Positions 11,872 to 23,710 of a DNA stretch of 64,000 bases are shown piece by piece (position 1 is the first letter of the stretch; each line of letters begins with the position of its first letter). Source of the DNA: Anaeromyxobacteraceae bacterium (GTDB lineage Bacteria; Myxococcota; Myxococcia; Myxococcales; Anaeromyxobacteraceae); the NCBI GenBank assembly GCA_047602405.1, contig JASGHJ010000002.1, positions 1,760,001 to 1,824,000 on the forward strand, given 5' to 3'. A model generated the notes under the pieces. It worked only from the letters and a program-made list of their open reading frames with translations. It was not told the origin of the DNA and searched no databases. The position numbers and the translations under genes were made by a program.

Positions 11872-12087
11872 ATGCCGCGCGCCTTCAACGGGTCCATCGA
11901 GTACCGGGTTCGGGCCGACCGCGACCTCGGCGACAGCTGGGCGGTGTCCGTCGTGCCTCCCGAAGGGGCCGATCCGGGCCTGCCTCCGCACGTCGTGAAG
12001 CTGCAGGGCAACGACCGCGACGCGGTGATCCGCGGCGCGCTCGAGATCCTGCGCAAGGCGGGCCGCATCGAACGCTGGGAGCCGTAG
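11872..12087 (+). CDS. Small hypothetical protein (71 aa)
   Basis: MPRAFNGSIEYRV...ERWEP is GC3-biased and lies just upstream of the TPR gene. Confidence 0.65.
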   Translation: MPRAFNGSIEYRVRADRDLGDSWAVSVVPPEGADPGLPPHVVKLQGNDRDAVIRGALEILRKAGRIERWEP

Positions 12088-12098
12088 CCAGGGCCCCC

Positions 12099-15000
12099 AT
12101 GGCGGACGACGACCCCGCCGCTGCCCAGGAACGGGCCCCCGCCGACGGGAGCCCCGAGGCCACCCCCGTCGCGGCGCGCGACGCCGCGGCGGAGGTCGCC
12201 GAGCTCGTGCGCGAGGCGGCTGCGGCCGGGGGCGCCGCCGCCGCGCCCCTGCACCACGCCGCGGCCCGGCTCCTCGAGGACCGCCTCGGCGATCTCGCCG
12301 GCGCCGCCGAGCAGTGGCGCCGGGCCGCCGCCGCCGACCCCGGCTTCCTCCCTGCGCGCACCGCCCAGCGCCGCCTCGCGCTCGAGCAGGGCGACGACGC
12401 GCTCGCCGCCGAGGCGCTCGCGGTCGAGGCCGCGGCCGCCCGCACCCCGGCGGATCGCCAGGCGCTGCTCCTCATGCGCGGCCGGCTCCTCGCCGCGCTC
12501 GGGCGCGCCGACGAGGGGCGCCCGCTGCTCGCCGAGGCCATCTCGATCGACCCGATGCGGTTCGCGGCCGCCGAGGAGATCGCCGCCCAGGCCGCCGCCA
12601 CCGGCGACCGCGCCGCCCTCGCCGACGCCTACGCCCGCTGCGCGGCGAGCGCGGCCGACCCCATCCTCTCGGCGCATTACCTCTCCGCGTGCTCGGCCCT
12701 CCTCGAGGAGGCCCTCGGGCGCCTCGACCGCGCCGGCGCGCTCGCGCTCGAGGCGTTCCACCTCCTGCCCTCCGACCGGCTGCTCAGGGCCGGCGCGCGC
12801 CGCCACGCCGAGCGCCTCGCGCAGACCGCGGCGCTCTCCCCGATCCTGCGCGCCGAGGCCGAGGCCCTCTCCGGCGCCGCCTCCGCCGAGACCTGGCACG
12901 CCCTCGCGCTCGCCGAGGAGCGGCTCCGCCGCCTCCCGGAGGCCGCCATCGCCCTCGAGCGGGGCCTCCTCGCGGCGCCGGGCGATCTGAAGCTCCTCGC
13001 CGGGCTCGCCCGGGTCCTCGAGAAGGACGGCCGCTGGAACGAGGCGTCCGCGGCGCTCGTGGACGTCGCCGCGGCCCACGCCGGCCTCGACGGGCCCCAG
13101 CACCGCGCCGAGGCGGTGGGCGCCCTCCTCCGGCGCGCCGAGATCGAGGAGCTCGAGCTCGACCGGCCCGACCAGGCCGTCGAGGCCTGCCAGGCGGTGC
13201 TCGCGCTCGACCCGGGCCATCGCGCCGCGCTCTCCGCGCTGGGCCGGCTCTGCGCCCGGATGGGCGACGCCGAGGGGCTCGCGAAGGCGTTCGAGGGCGA
13301 GGCGGCCGCCGCCCGCGACGACCGGGAGCGGGCGCAGCGGCTCTTCCGCGCGGGCGAGGTGCACGAGGAGCGGCTCGGGAGGCCCGAGGTCGCCGCCGAG
13401 CGGTACCGCGAGGCGCTGGCCCTGGACCCGGGCCTCACCGTGGCGCGCGAGGCGCTCGAGCGGCTCCTCGAGAAGCTCGGGCGCTACGGCGAGCTCCTCG
13501 CGCACGTCGAGGACGACCTCGCCGCCCCGTTCGCCCCCGACCGCGGGAAGGCCTGGGGGCTCGCGCGGCTCGTGCGCCGCGCCGAGCTCGTCGAGTCGCA
13601 CGGGGACGACGCCGCCCGCACCCGCGCGGCGTGGGAGGCCGTCCTCGAGCACACGCCCGGCCACCTCCCGGCCGTGCGCGCCCTCGGGCGCCTGCACGCC
13701 CGCGCCGGCCGCTGGGAGCAGCTCGCGGCCATGTTCCGCCAGGAGGCGCGGGACGCGGACGGCCCCGCGGGCGCGGAGCTCCTCCTGCGCGCGGGCGAGT
13801 TCCTCGAGCGGCGCCTCGACCGGCCCGAGGAGGCCGCGGTCGCCTACCGCGAGGCCCTCGAGAAGGATCCCGGGCTCGCCCCCGCCGAGCGCGCGCTCGA
13901 GCGGCTCTTCCGGGAGCGCAGCGAGAACGAGGCCCTCGTCGCGCTCCTGCGCGAGCGGGCGCTCCGGTCGCCCCCCGAGGTCGCGGCCGCGGTCTTCGAC
14001 GAGAATCGGCCGCGTCCACGAGGAGAAGACCTGGGACCGGCCCCGCGCGGTGGCCGCCTACGAGGAGGCCCTGCGGTTCGTGCCCGGCCACCCGCCCTCG
14101 GTCCGGGCCCTCGACCGGCTCTACGCGGAGACCGGGCGCACCGAGGAGCTCGAGCGCCTGCGGAACGAGGCGCTCACCGACGAGGACGCGCCCGCGCGCG
14201 GCGAGCGGCTGCTGAGGCTCGCGCGCCTGCGCGCCGACCGGGTGGGCGACCTGAGGGGCGCGCTCGGCCTCGTGGACGCGCTCGACGAGGTGCTCCCCGG
14301 CGATCCGTCGGTGCTCCTCCTGCGCCTGCGGCTCGCGCCCGAGGCCGCCGAGCGCGCCCGCGCCCGCGGCGCGCTCGCGGGCGCCGCGGCGAGCGCGGAG
14401 GTCGCCGCCGCGCTCCAGGCGGCCGCGGTCCCCGACCTGCGCGACGGGGCCCGGCGCCGGGCGCTCGAGGTCGCGGGGCGGAATGCACCGGCGAGCGCGC
14501 TCCTCGCCCCGCACGCCGCGCGGGCGCTCGAGGCGGCGGGCGACCACGCCGCGCGGGCGGTCTTCTGCGAGCGCCTCGCCGGCGACGCCGTGGACCCGGC
14601 CGCCCGCAGCAATCTCTGGCTCCGCGCCGGCGAGGCGCGCGACGCCGCCGGCCAGCCCGAGCGCGCGTTCGCGGACCTCCGGGCGGCGGTGGAGGCCGTG
14701 CCCTCGAACCTCCCCGCCCTGCGCGCCCTGCGCGCCCACCTCGTCCGCAGCGCCGACTGGCCCGCCGTGCGCGGTTCGCTCCACGCCGAGGCCGCCGCCC
14801 TGCGGGACCCCGGCCTCGCGGCCGCGGCCTGGCTCGAGGCCGGCGCGCTCGCGGAGCACCGCCTGGGCGTGCGGACCGCGGCCGCGGACGACTACCGCCA
14901 CGCGCTCGAGCGCCGCCCGGAGGATCCGGTGGCGAAGGCCCGGCTCGAGGCGATCGAGGCCGGCCTCTCGGCCGAGGCCCTCGCGGAGGCGCACGCCGCG

Positions 15001-16836
15001 AAGGCGCGCGAGGCCTCCGACCAGGCCGCCAAGGTCGAGGCGTGGCTGGCCGCCGCCCGGCTGGGCGCCGCCGGACCGGAGGAGCGCGAGCGGGCGCTGG
15101 CGGCCGTCGGGGAGGTCCTCGCCCTCGAGCCCGCCCACCCCGAGGCCCACGAGCTGAAGGCGCGCCTCCTCGCCGAGGCCGATCGGCCGGCCGACGCCTT
15201 CGCGGAGGTCGAGGTGGCCGCCGCCGCGCAGGCCGACCCGGCGCGCCGCGCCGCGCTGCACCTGCGCGCGGCCGAGCTCGCCACGAGGGCCGGGCTCGAG
15301 CCTGCCCGCGCCCTGCCCCACCTCGAGGCCGCGGCGGAGCTCGCGCCGGACGACGCCGTCGCCCTGGAGCGCGCCGCGCGGGCGCACCTCCAGGCCGGCG
15401 CCGAGGAGGAGGCCCTGGGCTACCTGCGGCGGCTCGCCGAGGTCCCCACCGGCGACCGGCTCCTGCAGGCCGAGCGCCTCGCGCACCTCGCCGAGGTGGA
15501 GGAGCGGCGGGGCCGCCCCGACGCGGCGCTCGAGGCGCTGCGGCGGGCCCTCGACCTCGACCCCGGCAACACCGGCGCGTTCCGGCGGCTCGCCCGCTTC
15601 GAGGCCGAGCGCGGCGACCCGGCCGCCGTGGCCGAGGCGCTCGCCGAGGCCGCCCGCCGCGCCCCCGCGCCCGGCATCGCGGCCGAGGCCCACCTCGAGG
15701 CGGCCCGCCTCCTCGCCGGGCCGCTCCAGGCCGGCCCGCGCGCCGTCGAGCAGCTCCGCGCCGTGCTCGCCGTCGACCCCGGCCGCGACGAGGCGCGGGC
15801 GCTCCTCGCGGAGCAGCTGCAGGAGCTCAGCCCGGGCGCCGCGGTCGAGGAGCACCAGGCGCTGCTCGCGCGCGACCCGTTCCGCGTCGAGAGCTGGCAG
15901 GCGCTCTGCCGCCTCTTCGAGCGCATGCGCGCCCACGACCGCGCCTACGTCTGCGCGACGGTGCTGCGCTTCCTGGGTGCGCCCTCCCCCGGCCCCGCGG
16001 CCGCGCAGCTCCTTGAGGAGGGCGACCGGCAGGCCCTGCGCCCGCCACCGGCCCTCTCGCCCGACGACTGGGACCTGCTGCGGGATCCGCGCGAGCCCGA
16101 CACGCTCGCCGCGCTCCTCGCGGTGGCCGGGGACGCGCTCGCGGAGGTCCTCGCGCCGAGCCCCGCCGAGCGGGGCCCGGCCGCCCGCGACGACCACCCG
16201 TTCCGCCCGGTGCTCGAGGAGCTCTGCGCCGCGCTCGACGCGCCCGCGCACGCGCTCTACCCTGCCTCGCGCTGCGTCGTCCGCGTCGAGCCGGGCGCGC
16301 CGCACGCCGTGCTCGTCGGCGACGGGCTGGGCCGCGGCGTGCCGCTCCGCGAGCAGCGGTTCCTGCTCGGGCGCGCCGCCGCGCGCCTGCGGGGCCGCAC
16401 CGGCCTCCTCGACGCCCTCCCCGGCCCGGTCCTCCTCGAGGGCCTCGCCGCGGTGGTGGCGCTCGTCGTCCCCGGCTGGAAGGGGGCCGCCGCGCCGCCC
16501 CCGGAGCTGCAGCGGCGGGTCGCGAAGGCGCTGCGCGGCAAGGCCAGGAAGGCCATCGAGGCGCCGGCGCGGGCGCTCGCCGCCGAGCGGGGCGAGCACG
16601 ACCTGGCGGCGTTCCGGGTCGCGGCCGCCGCGACCGCCAACCGCGCCGGGCTCGTCCTCTGCGGCGACGTCCCGACCGCGCTGACGCTCCTCTTGCGCGA
16701 CCCGGGCGCCCCGGTCGACCGGGAGGGCCTGGTGGACGAGGCGCGCCGGAGCGACGAGGCGCGCGCGCTCCTCGCGTTCGCCGCGGGGGAGAAGCACTTC
16801 CTCCTCCGCCAGCGGCTGCGGGTCGCGGTGGCCTGA
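12099..16836 (+). CDS. Very large TPR-repeat protein, myxobacterial type (apparent indel at about 14003)
   Basis: Many YREALALDPG-type repeats and C-terminal TANRAGLVLCGD. Two overlapping ORFs join on removing one base. Confidence 0.85.
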
Positions 16837-16861
16837 CCCTCGTCGGCGCGCAGCGCGGCGG

Positions 16862-18664
16862 CTACGCTCGGGTGGAGCGGCCCTGCTCCGGGTACTTCTG
16901 GATCACGCCCTCCGCCACCCGGCGCGTGAGCGCGTGGTAGGTCGGCGCCACCTTCTCGAAGAGCTCGCGGGCGACCCCCCGGCCCGCCTCGGACTTCCCG
17001 AGCGCCTGGTAGAGCGGGCGGACGTACTTCATCCGGCCCACCCGCGACAGCACCTCGCGGATGCGAGGGAACACGCCCGGGTAGCCCGCGGCCGCCGCGA
17101 GGCAGAGCCACGCGACGAGGATCTCGTGGTTGCCGCGGTCGGTGAGCCGGAGGTTCGCGTCGAGCCAGGCGCACTCCTCGTGCGTGAGGTCCTGCGGCAG
17201 CTTCTGCAGGTAGACGAGGAGCTCCGTCGGGTGCCAGCCCGCCACCTCGGCCGGGACCGGACGCTGCCCGGCCTTCCAGCCGGCGGCGAGCGCGGTGAGG
17301 GCCTCGAGCCGCGGCGAGACGAAGCGCGGCGCGTCGGCCGGCGTGCCGGGGGCGTCGAGCCAGGCGCCGGCGTTCACCTTCGCGAGCGCCCCGGGCAGCT
17401 CCTGCTCGACGAAGGCGCAGAAGGCCTCCGTCGTGATGCTCTGGAACCGGAACTGCTTCAGGTAGGCGCGGATGAAGCCGTCGAAGCGGGCCTCGCCCAC
17501 CGCGCGCTCGATCGCGACGAGGAACCGCGCGCCCTTCTCGTAGGGGATGCTCGAGAAGGCGTCGTCCGGATCGATGCCCGCGAGGTGGGTGCGGAGCTTC
17601 GTGAGGTCCGGCTGGTCGTGGAAGCGCGCGAGGGACTCGTCGAGATCCCGCTGGCCCACCGCCCAGGCGATGGAGGCCGCCTCCTCGCCGCGGATCGCCC
17701 GGAGGATCCGGCGCTCGGCGAAGACGGTCCAGCCCTCGTTCAGCCAGAAGTGCTCGGCGGTCGCGTTCGTGACGAGGTTGCCGGTCCAGCTGTGGGCGAG
17801 CTCGTGGGCCACCACGTCGACGAGGCTGCGGTCGCCCGCGAGCAGGGTCGGCGTGAGGAACGTCATGCGGGGGTTCTCCATGCCGCCGTACGGGAACGAC
17901 GGCGGGAGCACCAGCATGTCGTAGCGGTCCCAGTCGTACGGGCCGAAGAGCGCCTCCGCCTTCTGGATGAACGTCTCGGTGTCGGCGAACTCCCAGGCGG
18001 CCTTCTCGACGGTGGCCGGCTCCGCCCAGACCCGGGCGCGGGGCGAAAGGTCGCGCCCCTCGAGCTCGCCGACCGCGAGCGCGAGCAGGTAGCTCGGGAT
18101 CGCCTGCGGCATCCGGAAGCGGAAGGTGCGCCAGCCGGGCCCGTGCACGCCCTCACCCGCCGGCCCCGCGCTCATGACCGCCGTGAGCGCCGCGGGGACG
18201 GTGATCTCGGCGTCGTAGGTGACGCGGGCGACCGCGCAGTCCTGGCAGGGCACGAGCGTGCGGGCGTGGATCGCCTGGCACTGGCTGAAGAGGAACGGGT
18301 GGGTCTTCCCCTCGGTCTGCTCCGGGGAGAGCCACTGGAGCCCGAGCGCGTCGGGGCTCGTCTCGTAGCGCACCACCACGCCGAGCGTGCCCGGCGGCAG
18401 CGTGAGCCGGAGCCGCCGGCCGAGGATCGGCTCCTCGGCGCCGAGCTCGTGCGGGATCGGCGTGGTGCCGTCGAGCCCGGTGACCGCCCGGACGGAGAGC
18501 CCCTTCGTGTCGAGGTCGAGGACCCCGCCGGCGGGCGCCGTGAAGCGGAGCTCGGCCGTGCCGGAGAGGACCCGGTGCGCGAAGTCGACCCGCAGCTTCA
18601 GGTTCCAGTGGCGGCTGCGGGGCTGGGCGTCGTCGAAGTACGAGTGCGGGTCGATGCGGGCCAT
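16862..18664 (-). CDS. M1 family aminopeptidase (leukotriene A4 hydrolase-like)
   Basis: GGMEN, HELAH-X18-E (WLNEG), PYEKG and GRMKYVRPLY. Confidence 0.95.
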   Translation of the reverse strand: MARIDPHSYFDDAQPRSRHWNLKLRVDFAHRVLSGTAELRFTAPAGGVLDLDTKGLSVRAVTGLDGTTPIPHELGAEEPILGRRLRLTLPPGTLGVVVRYETSPDALGLQWLSPEQTEGKTHPFLFSQCQAIHARTLVPCQDCAVARVTYDAEITVPAALTAVMSAGPAGEGVHGPGWRTFRFRMPQAIPSYLLALAVGELEGRDLSPRARVWAEPATVEKAAWEFADTETFIQKAEALFGPYDWDRYDMLVLPPSFPYGGMENPRMTFLTPTLLAGDRSLVDVVAHELAHSWTGNLVTNATAEHFWLNEGWTVFAERRILRAIRGEEAASIAWAVGQRDLDESLARFHDQPDLTKLRTHLAGIDPDDAFSSIPYEKGARFLVAIERAVGEARFDGFIRAYLKQFRFQSITTEAFCAFVEQELPGALAKVNAGAWLDAPGTPADAPRFVSPRLEALTALAAGWKAGQRPVPAEVAGWHPTELLVYLQKLPQDLTHEECAWLDANLRLTDRGNHEILVAWLCLAAAAGYPGVFPRIREVLSRVGRMKYVRPLYQALGKSEAGRGVARELFEKVAPTYHALTRRVAEGVIQKYPEQGRSTRA

Positions 18665-18748
18665 CGAGGCTCCCTTTCCGGTCCTGGAGTGCGCGGCATC
18701 TTGCCGTCAGACCGGGCGGAAGGGAAGGTCCGCGCGCCGCCGCCCCGG

Positions 18749-19489
18749 CTACTCCTCGCGCAGGAGCGCCCCCTCGGGCAGCGCGGCCCGGAGCGCCGCC
18801 ATCACCGCGCGCACCCGCGCCGGATCCTCGCCCTCGACGGTGAGCTTCACCCGGTACTCGGCGTCGTCCTCGAAGCGCGGGTAGCTGCCGATGTCCACGT
18901 CGGGGTGCTCGTCGGCGATGCGGGCCATCGCGTCGGCGATGGGGTCCTCCCCGATCGAGAGGAAGAGCTGCCCGAGGTGGAGCGGCACGCCGCCGAGGAG
19001 GTGCGCCACCTTCTCGAACTGCCAGCGGAAGAAGCGCGGCACGCCGGCGAGCATGAAGACGTTCTCGAGCCGCATCGTCGAGAAGTCGGCGTCGCCCTCG
19101 AGCACGGTGCCGACCGGCACGTCGGCCATCCGGAGCGAGGCCTCGTGCGGCTCCCGCCCGTACCGGCGCAGGTGGTGCCCGCGGATGACCTCGACGATGC
19201 GCGCGCTGCGCTCGAGCGGGCGGCCGAAGGCGAGCCCCACCGCCCGGATGGTCACGTCGTCGTGCGTCGGGCCGATGCCGCCCGAGGTGAAGACCCACGT
19301 CGACCGGCGCGCCTCGCGCGCCACGGCCTCGACGACGTCGTCCACCCGGTCCGCCACCGTGGCGATCGCGCGGAGCCGCACCCCGAGCTCGCGCAGCCGG
19401 CGGGCCGCCCAGGGGCCGTTCTCGTCCACGGTCTTCGCCGAGAGGACCTCGTTCCCGACGACGACGAGCGCGGCGGTCGGCGCGGCCAC
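18749..19489 (-). CDS. CinA/molybdopterin-binding-domain protein (COG1058-like)
   Basis: GNEVLS and TSGGIGPTHDDVT. Confidence 0.9.
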   Translation of the reverse strand: MAAPTAALVVVGNEVLSAKTVDENGPWAARRLRELGVRLRAIATVADRVDDVVEAVAREARRSTWVFTSGGIGPTHDDVTIRAVGLAFGRPLERSARIVEVIRGHHLRRYGREPHEASLRMADVPVGTVLEGDADFSTMRLENVFMLAGVPRFFRWQFEKVAHLLGGVPLHLGQLFLSIGEDPIADAMARIADEHPDVDIGSYPRFEDDAEYRVKLTVEGEDPARVRAVMAALRAALPEGALLREE

Positions 19490-19491
19490 GG

Positions 19492-20127
19492 TCAGCTCCT
19501 GCGGTCGAGCTCGAGCACCGCGCGGTGGACGGCGCGGGCGACCTCCTCGACCGGCCGCTCGCCGTCGAGGACCACCACGTGCTGGCCGGACGCCTGGATG
19601 CGCTCGAGCGCTCGCGCGTAGCTCTTCGCGACCTTCCGCTGGAAGGCCGAGACCTCGTACAGCTCCGGCGCGTCGGACGCGGCCTTGCGGCGCGCGAAGG
19701 CGACGGCGGGGCGCACCTCGAGGAAGATCGTGACGTCCGGCAGCGCGGCGCGCGCGTTCACGACCTCCACCCAGCCCATGTCGTCCGTCGTGACGCCCTG
19801 GTAGGCGAGCGACGAGAGCGTGAACCGGTCGGAGACGACGTCCACGCCCTTCAGGACCCGCGGCGCGATCTCGGCGCTCACGTGGTCGAGGCGGTCCGCC
19901 GCGAACAGGAGCGCCATCGCCGCCGGATCGACGCCGCCGCCGGGGCCCGCCACGCGGTGGGTGAGCACCTGGCGCACGAGCGCGCCGACCGGCCCGCCGG
20001 ACGGCTCGGCCGTGACGTGGACCCGCCGGCCGTCGGCGCGGAGCCGCTCGCCGAGCAGGCGCGACTGCGTGGTGGTCCCCGCCCCGTCCAGCCCCTCGAG
20101 GACGACGAAGCGGCCCCGGCGCCTCAC
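19492..20127 (-). CDS. tmk: Thymidylate kinase
   Basis: FVVLEGLDGAGTTTQ, LLFAADR and SDRFTLSSLAYQG. The GTG overlaps the upstream TGA. Confidence 0.92.
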   Translation of the reverse strand: MRRRGRFVVLEGLDGAGTTTQSRLLGERLRADGRRVHVTAEPSGGPVGALVRQVLTHRVAGPGGGVDPAAMALLFAADRLDHVSAEIAPRVLKGVDVVSDRFTLSSLAYQGVTTDDMGWVEVVNARAALPDVTIFLEVRPAVAFARRKAASDAPELYEVSAFQRKVAKSYARALERIQASGQHVVVLDGERPVEEVARAVHRAVLELDRRS

Positions 20128-20504
20128 GCGTCGTACCCCAGCGCGGCCCGGACCTCCCGGAAGCGGGCGAAGAGCGCGTCCTCCTCCTCGAGGAGGCGCT
20201 TCGCCCGGCGGTAGTACCGGATCGCGTAGAGGAGCACGCCGATGGTGACGAGGGCGGCGAGCCAGATGTGGAGCGGCGGGCCGACCTGCTTCTCGGGCCT
20301 CACCTCGCCGGGCTTCCAGATGCCCCAGCGATCCCAGGACAGCTTGCCGGTGAGGCCGACGCCGAGCAGCCCCACGAAGAGCGCGACCGAGCCGCGCCGC
20401 ACCTCGAGGATCGAGGTGCGGGCCTCCAGGCGCGCGGCGAGCGCGGCGTGCTCCGCCTCGAGGGCGGCCCGGTCGGCGGCGGGGGCTGTTGCGGTCTCTG
20501 CCAT
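20124..20504 (-). CDS. Hypothetical two-TM membrane protein
   Basis: MAETATAPAADR... with two hydrophobic segments; coupled to tmk. Confidence 0.75.
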   Translation of the reverse strand: MAETATAPAADRAALEAEHAALAARLEARTSILEVRRGSVALFVGLLGVGLTGKLSWDRWGIWKPGEVRPEKQVGPPLHIWLAALVTIGVLLYAIRYYRRAKRLLEEEDALFARFREVRAALGYDA

Positions 20505-20515
20505 GGCCGGGCGTT

Positions 20516-21874
20516 CTACGACCTTCCGAAGCGGGCGGCAATCGCGTCCTCCACCGCCCCCAGGGTGGCGCCCACGCGGACGCCCGGGTTCCGGTGCCGG
20601 GAGCCGATCCCGGGCAGCGTGCCGTCGTGGTAGCCGACCTTGAAGTCGGCGAACTTGAGCCCGTGGGCGGTCGAGAGCACCACCACCCGCTCGTCCGGCC
20701 GGACGACGCCCCGGGAGGCGAGCTTCTCGAGCGCGGCGAGCGCGACGGCGGTGTGCGGGCAGGTGAAGAGCCCCGCCCGATCGGCCCGGGCGGCGGCGTC
20801 GGCGAGCTCCTGCTCGCTCGCCTGCTCCACCACCCCGTCGAGCGCCTCGAGGGCCCGCAGCGCCCGGCGGGCCGAGACCGGCGCGCCGATCTGGATGGCC
20901 GAGGCGAGCGTGGACCGCGCCGGCACGGCCTTCACCTCGAGCTCGGACACCCGGCGCGCGCCCCGGCCCTCGTACGCGAGGAAGAGCGGGTTCGCCGCCT
21001 GGGCCTGCGCCACGAGGAGCCGCGGCAGCCGCGCCACGAGCCCGAGGTCGCGGAGCATGAGGAAGCCCTTCGCCACCGCGCTCGCGTTGCCGAGGTTGCC
21101 GCCCGGGATCACCACCCAGTCCGGGCTCTCCCAGCCGAGCTGCTGCGCGACCTCGAGCGAGGCGGTCTTCTGCCCCTCGATGCGCAGGGAGTTCATCGAG
21201 TTCGCGAGGTAGACGTCGCCGGAGGCGGCGAGCTCCTTCACGACGTTCATGCAGCCGTCGAAGTCGGTGTCGAGCTCGAGGACGAGCGCGCCGTTCGCGA
21301 TGGGCTGCACGAGCTGGGCGGTCGAGATCTTCCCGCGCGGGAGCAGCACCACGCAGGGGATGTCGGCGGCGGCGCAGTAGGAGGCGAGCGCCGCCGAGGT
21401 GTCGCCGGTCGAGGCGCAGGCCACGGCGCGGAGGCGGGTGCCCTGCGCGCGCATCCCCTTCACGGCCGACACGAGCACCGTCATGCCGAGGTCCTTGAAG
21501 GACCCGGTGTGGGAGACGCCGCACTCCTTCACGAGCACCTTCGAGAGGCCGAGCTCCCGGGCGTAGCGATCGACGGAGAGGAGCGGCGTCGCGCCCTCGG
21601 CCATCGAGACGACGTGCGCCTCGTCGAGGCCGGGGTGCACCCACTCCTTCTTGCCCCACACGCCCGAGGCGAGGACGCCCGGGCCGGCCCGGTAGCGGGC
21701 CTCGAAGAGCGCCTTCCACTCCGCCGCGGACCGGCCGCGGAGCGCCTCCAGGTCGTGCGCCACCTCGAGGAGCCCGTCGCAGCGCGGGCAGCGGTAGACG
21801 ACCTCGTCGAGCCCGGCCCTGAAGTCGCAGCCCTCGGCGCAGCGGAACCAGGCCGTGTACGGGGCCGCGCTCAT
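20516..21874 (-). CDS. thrC: Threonine synthase
   Basis: HTGSFKDLGM (PLP lysine), CASTGDTSA, NSLRIEGQKT and PGGNLGN. Confidence 0.95.
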   Translation of the reverse strand: MSAAPYTAWFRCAEGCDFRAGLDEVVYRCPRCDGLLEVAHDLEALRGRSAAEWKALFEARYRAGPGVLASGVWGKKEWVHPGLDEAHVVSMAEGATPLLSVDRYARELGLSKVLVKECGVSHTGSFKDLGMTVLVSAVKGMRAQGTRLRAVACASTGDTSAALASYCAAADIPCVVLLPRGKISTAQLVQPIANGALVLELDTDFDGCMNVVKELAASGDVYLANSMNSLRIEGQKTASLEVAQQLGWESPDWVVIPGGNLGNASAVAKGFLMLRDLGLVARLPRLLVAQAQAANPLFLAYEGRGARRVSELEVKAVPARSTLASAIQIGAPVSARRALRALEALDGVVEQASEQELADAAARADRAGLFTCPHTAVALAALEKLASRGVVRPDERVVVLSTAHGLKFADFKVGYHDGTLPGIGSRHRNPGVRVGATLGAVEDAIAARFGRS

Positions 21875-23074
21875 CCGCGCCCCGGCCCCTTCTTCAGGAA
21901 CGCCGCGATGCGCTCGGCGGCGAGCACGATCCGCGGCTCGTCCACGAGCAGCGCGAGCCGCACGTGCCCGTCGCCGGCCTGGCCGAAGCCGATCCCCGGG
22001 GCCACGCAGACGCCGGCCTCGTCGATGAGCCGCTTCGCGAACTCGAGCGAGCCGAGGTGCCGGAACGCGTCCGGGATCGGCGCCCACGCGAACATCGAGG
22101 CCGCCGGCGGCGGCACCGCCCACCCGGCCGCGCCGAAGTGCCGGACGAGCGCGTCCCGGCGGCGGCGGTACTTCTCGCGGATCGCGGCGACGTCGTCGTC
22201 GCACTCGTCGAGCGCGGTCACCGCCGCCAGCTGGATCGCGCCGAAGAGCCCGTAGTCGAGGTCAGCTCTTCACCCGGGCGGCCGCGGCGACGAGCGCCGG
22301 CGCGCCGGCGGCGAAGCCGACCCGCCAGCCGGGCATGTTGTAGCTCTTCGAGAGCGACATGAACTCGAGGGTCCGCTCGCGCGCGCCCGGGATGGCCAGC
22401 ATCGCCGGCGCCCGGCCCTCGAACACGAGGTCCGAGTAGGCGAGGTCGGAGACGATGAAGAGGTCCCGCGCCTCGGCGAAGCGGACGATCTTCTCGAAGA
22501 GCTCCGGGGTGGCGACCGCGGCGGTGGGGTTGCCGGGGAAGTTCACGACGAGGCCGCGCGGGCGCCGCTCGGACTTCTCGGTCGCCTCGACGAGCGACTC
22601 GAAGAAGTCGACGCCGGCGCCGACCTTCACCGGGATGGTCTCCGCGTCGCCGATGACGGCGGCGTAGGCGTGGATCGGGTACGTCGGCGACGGCGCCAGG
22701 ATGGCCTCGCCCTCGCCGAGCAGCGCGATGATGGCGTGCCCGATGCCCTCCTTCGAGCCGATGGTGGCGAGGACCTCGCGGTCCGGATCGAGCTCGACGC
22801 CGTACCGCCGCCTCCACCAGCGGGCGGCGGCCTGGCGCAGCTCCGGCAGGCCGCGGGGGTTGAGGTAGCGGTGGAGCCGGGGCTCCGCGGCGGCGGTCCG
22901 GAGCCGCTCGACCACGCGGGCGGGCGTCGCGCCGTCGGGGTTGCCCATCGAGAAGTCCACGACGTCGACGCCGCGCGCGATGGCCTCGTCGCGCAGCTTG
23001 TCGGTGATCGTGAAGACGTAGAGGGGCAGCCGCTTGACGCGCGCGAACACCTCGGGCTCGTTGAAGGTCTTCAT
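21871..23074 (-). CDS. Class I/II PLP aminotransferase (AlaC-like; apparent indel at about 22262)
   Basis: GSKEGI, NFPGNPT, DLAY and SLSKSYNMPGWRVG. Continues KSYLDYG after removing one base. Confidence 0.9.
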
Positions 23075-23148
23075 GAGGGTCGAGCAGGATGCCGCCACCG
23101 GCCCTGCTTTTCAAGCTTCGCGCACTCCTCCCGGGCCATGCCAGGAGG

Positions 23149-23679
23149 TCACACCGCCCGGGCGCCGCAGGCCGGGCAGACCGGGCCGCGGATCGGGTTG
23201 CCGCAACCGCAGAGGCGGGCCGCGTCGGGATCGATCGCGCCCGGCGCGGGCGCCGAAGCCGCGACCGGAAGTCGCATGCCGCAGTGGGCGCAGAGGCGCT
23301 CGCCCGGGTGCGCCGGATTCCGGCAGTAGCGGCACGTGATCGCGACGGGGAACGGGGTCGGGGCGTCGCCCGGGATCGCCTCGGAGGTCGGCTCGAGGTC
23401 CGGCACGCCGTCCCCGGGCACGTCCGGGATCGGCGCCGCGAGCGTGGGCTCGAGGTCCGGCACCCGCTCCGCGATCTCGAGCGCCGCCTGGTGATGGGTC
23501 GGCTCGAGCTCCGGGAGGACGCCGACGGTCACGGCGACCGCCTCGAAGCGCGTCGCCTCGAGCCCCTCGGCAGGCGCCACCGGCACCGGCACCGCCACGT
23601 CCGCCGGGAACGGGCGACCGCAGACGTCGCACGCGTCGCCCGCGGGCTGCTGGTTCTCGCAGAGGGGGCAGACGATCAT
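23149..23679 (-). CDS. Zinc-ribbon protein (multiple CxxC) with an acidic Pro-rich linker
   Basis: CPLC, CDVC, CRYC, CAHC, CGC and CPAC; repeated (D/E)LEPT. Confidence 0.8.
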   Translation of the reverse strand: MIVCPLCENQQPAGDACDVCGRPFPADVAVPVPVAPAEGLEATRFEAVAVTVGVLPELEPTHHQAALEIAERVPDLEPTLAAPIPDVPGDGVPDLEPTSEAIPGDAPTPFPVAITCRYCRNPAHPGERLCAHCGMRLPVAASAPAPGAIDPDAARLCGCGNPIRGPVCPACGARAV

Positions 23680-23710
23680 CGGGGCCACTCTACCGCTTCC
23701 GCGCGCGCTG

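Noticed and set aside
22255..22270. In-frame TGA as selenocysteine or readthrough
   Set aside because: The downstream protein is in another frame; deleting one base restores KSYLDYG.
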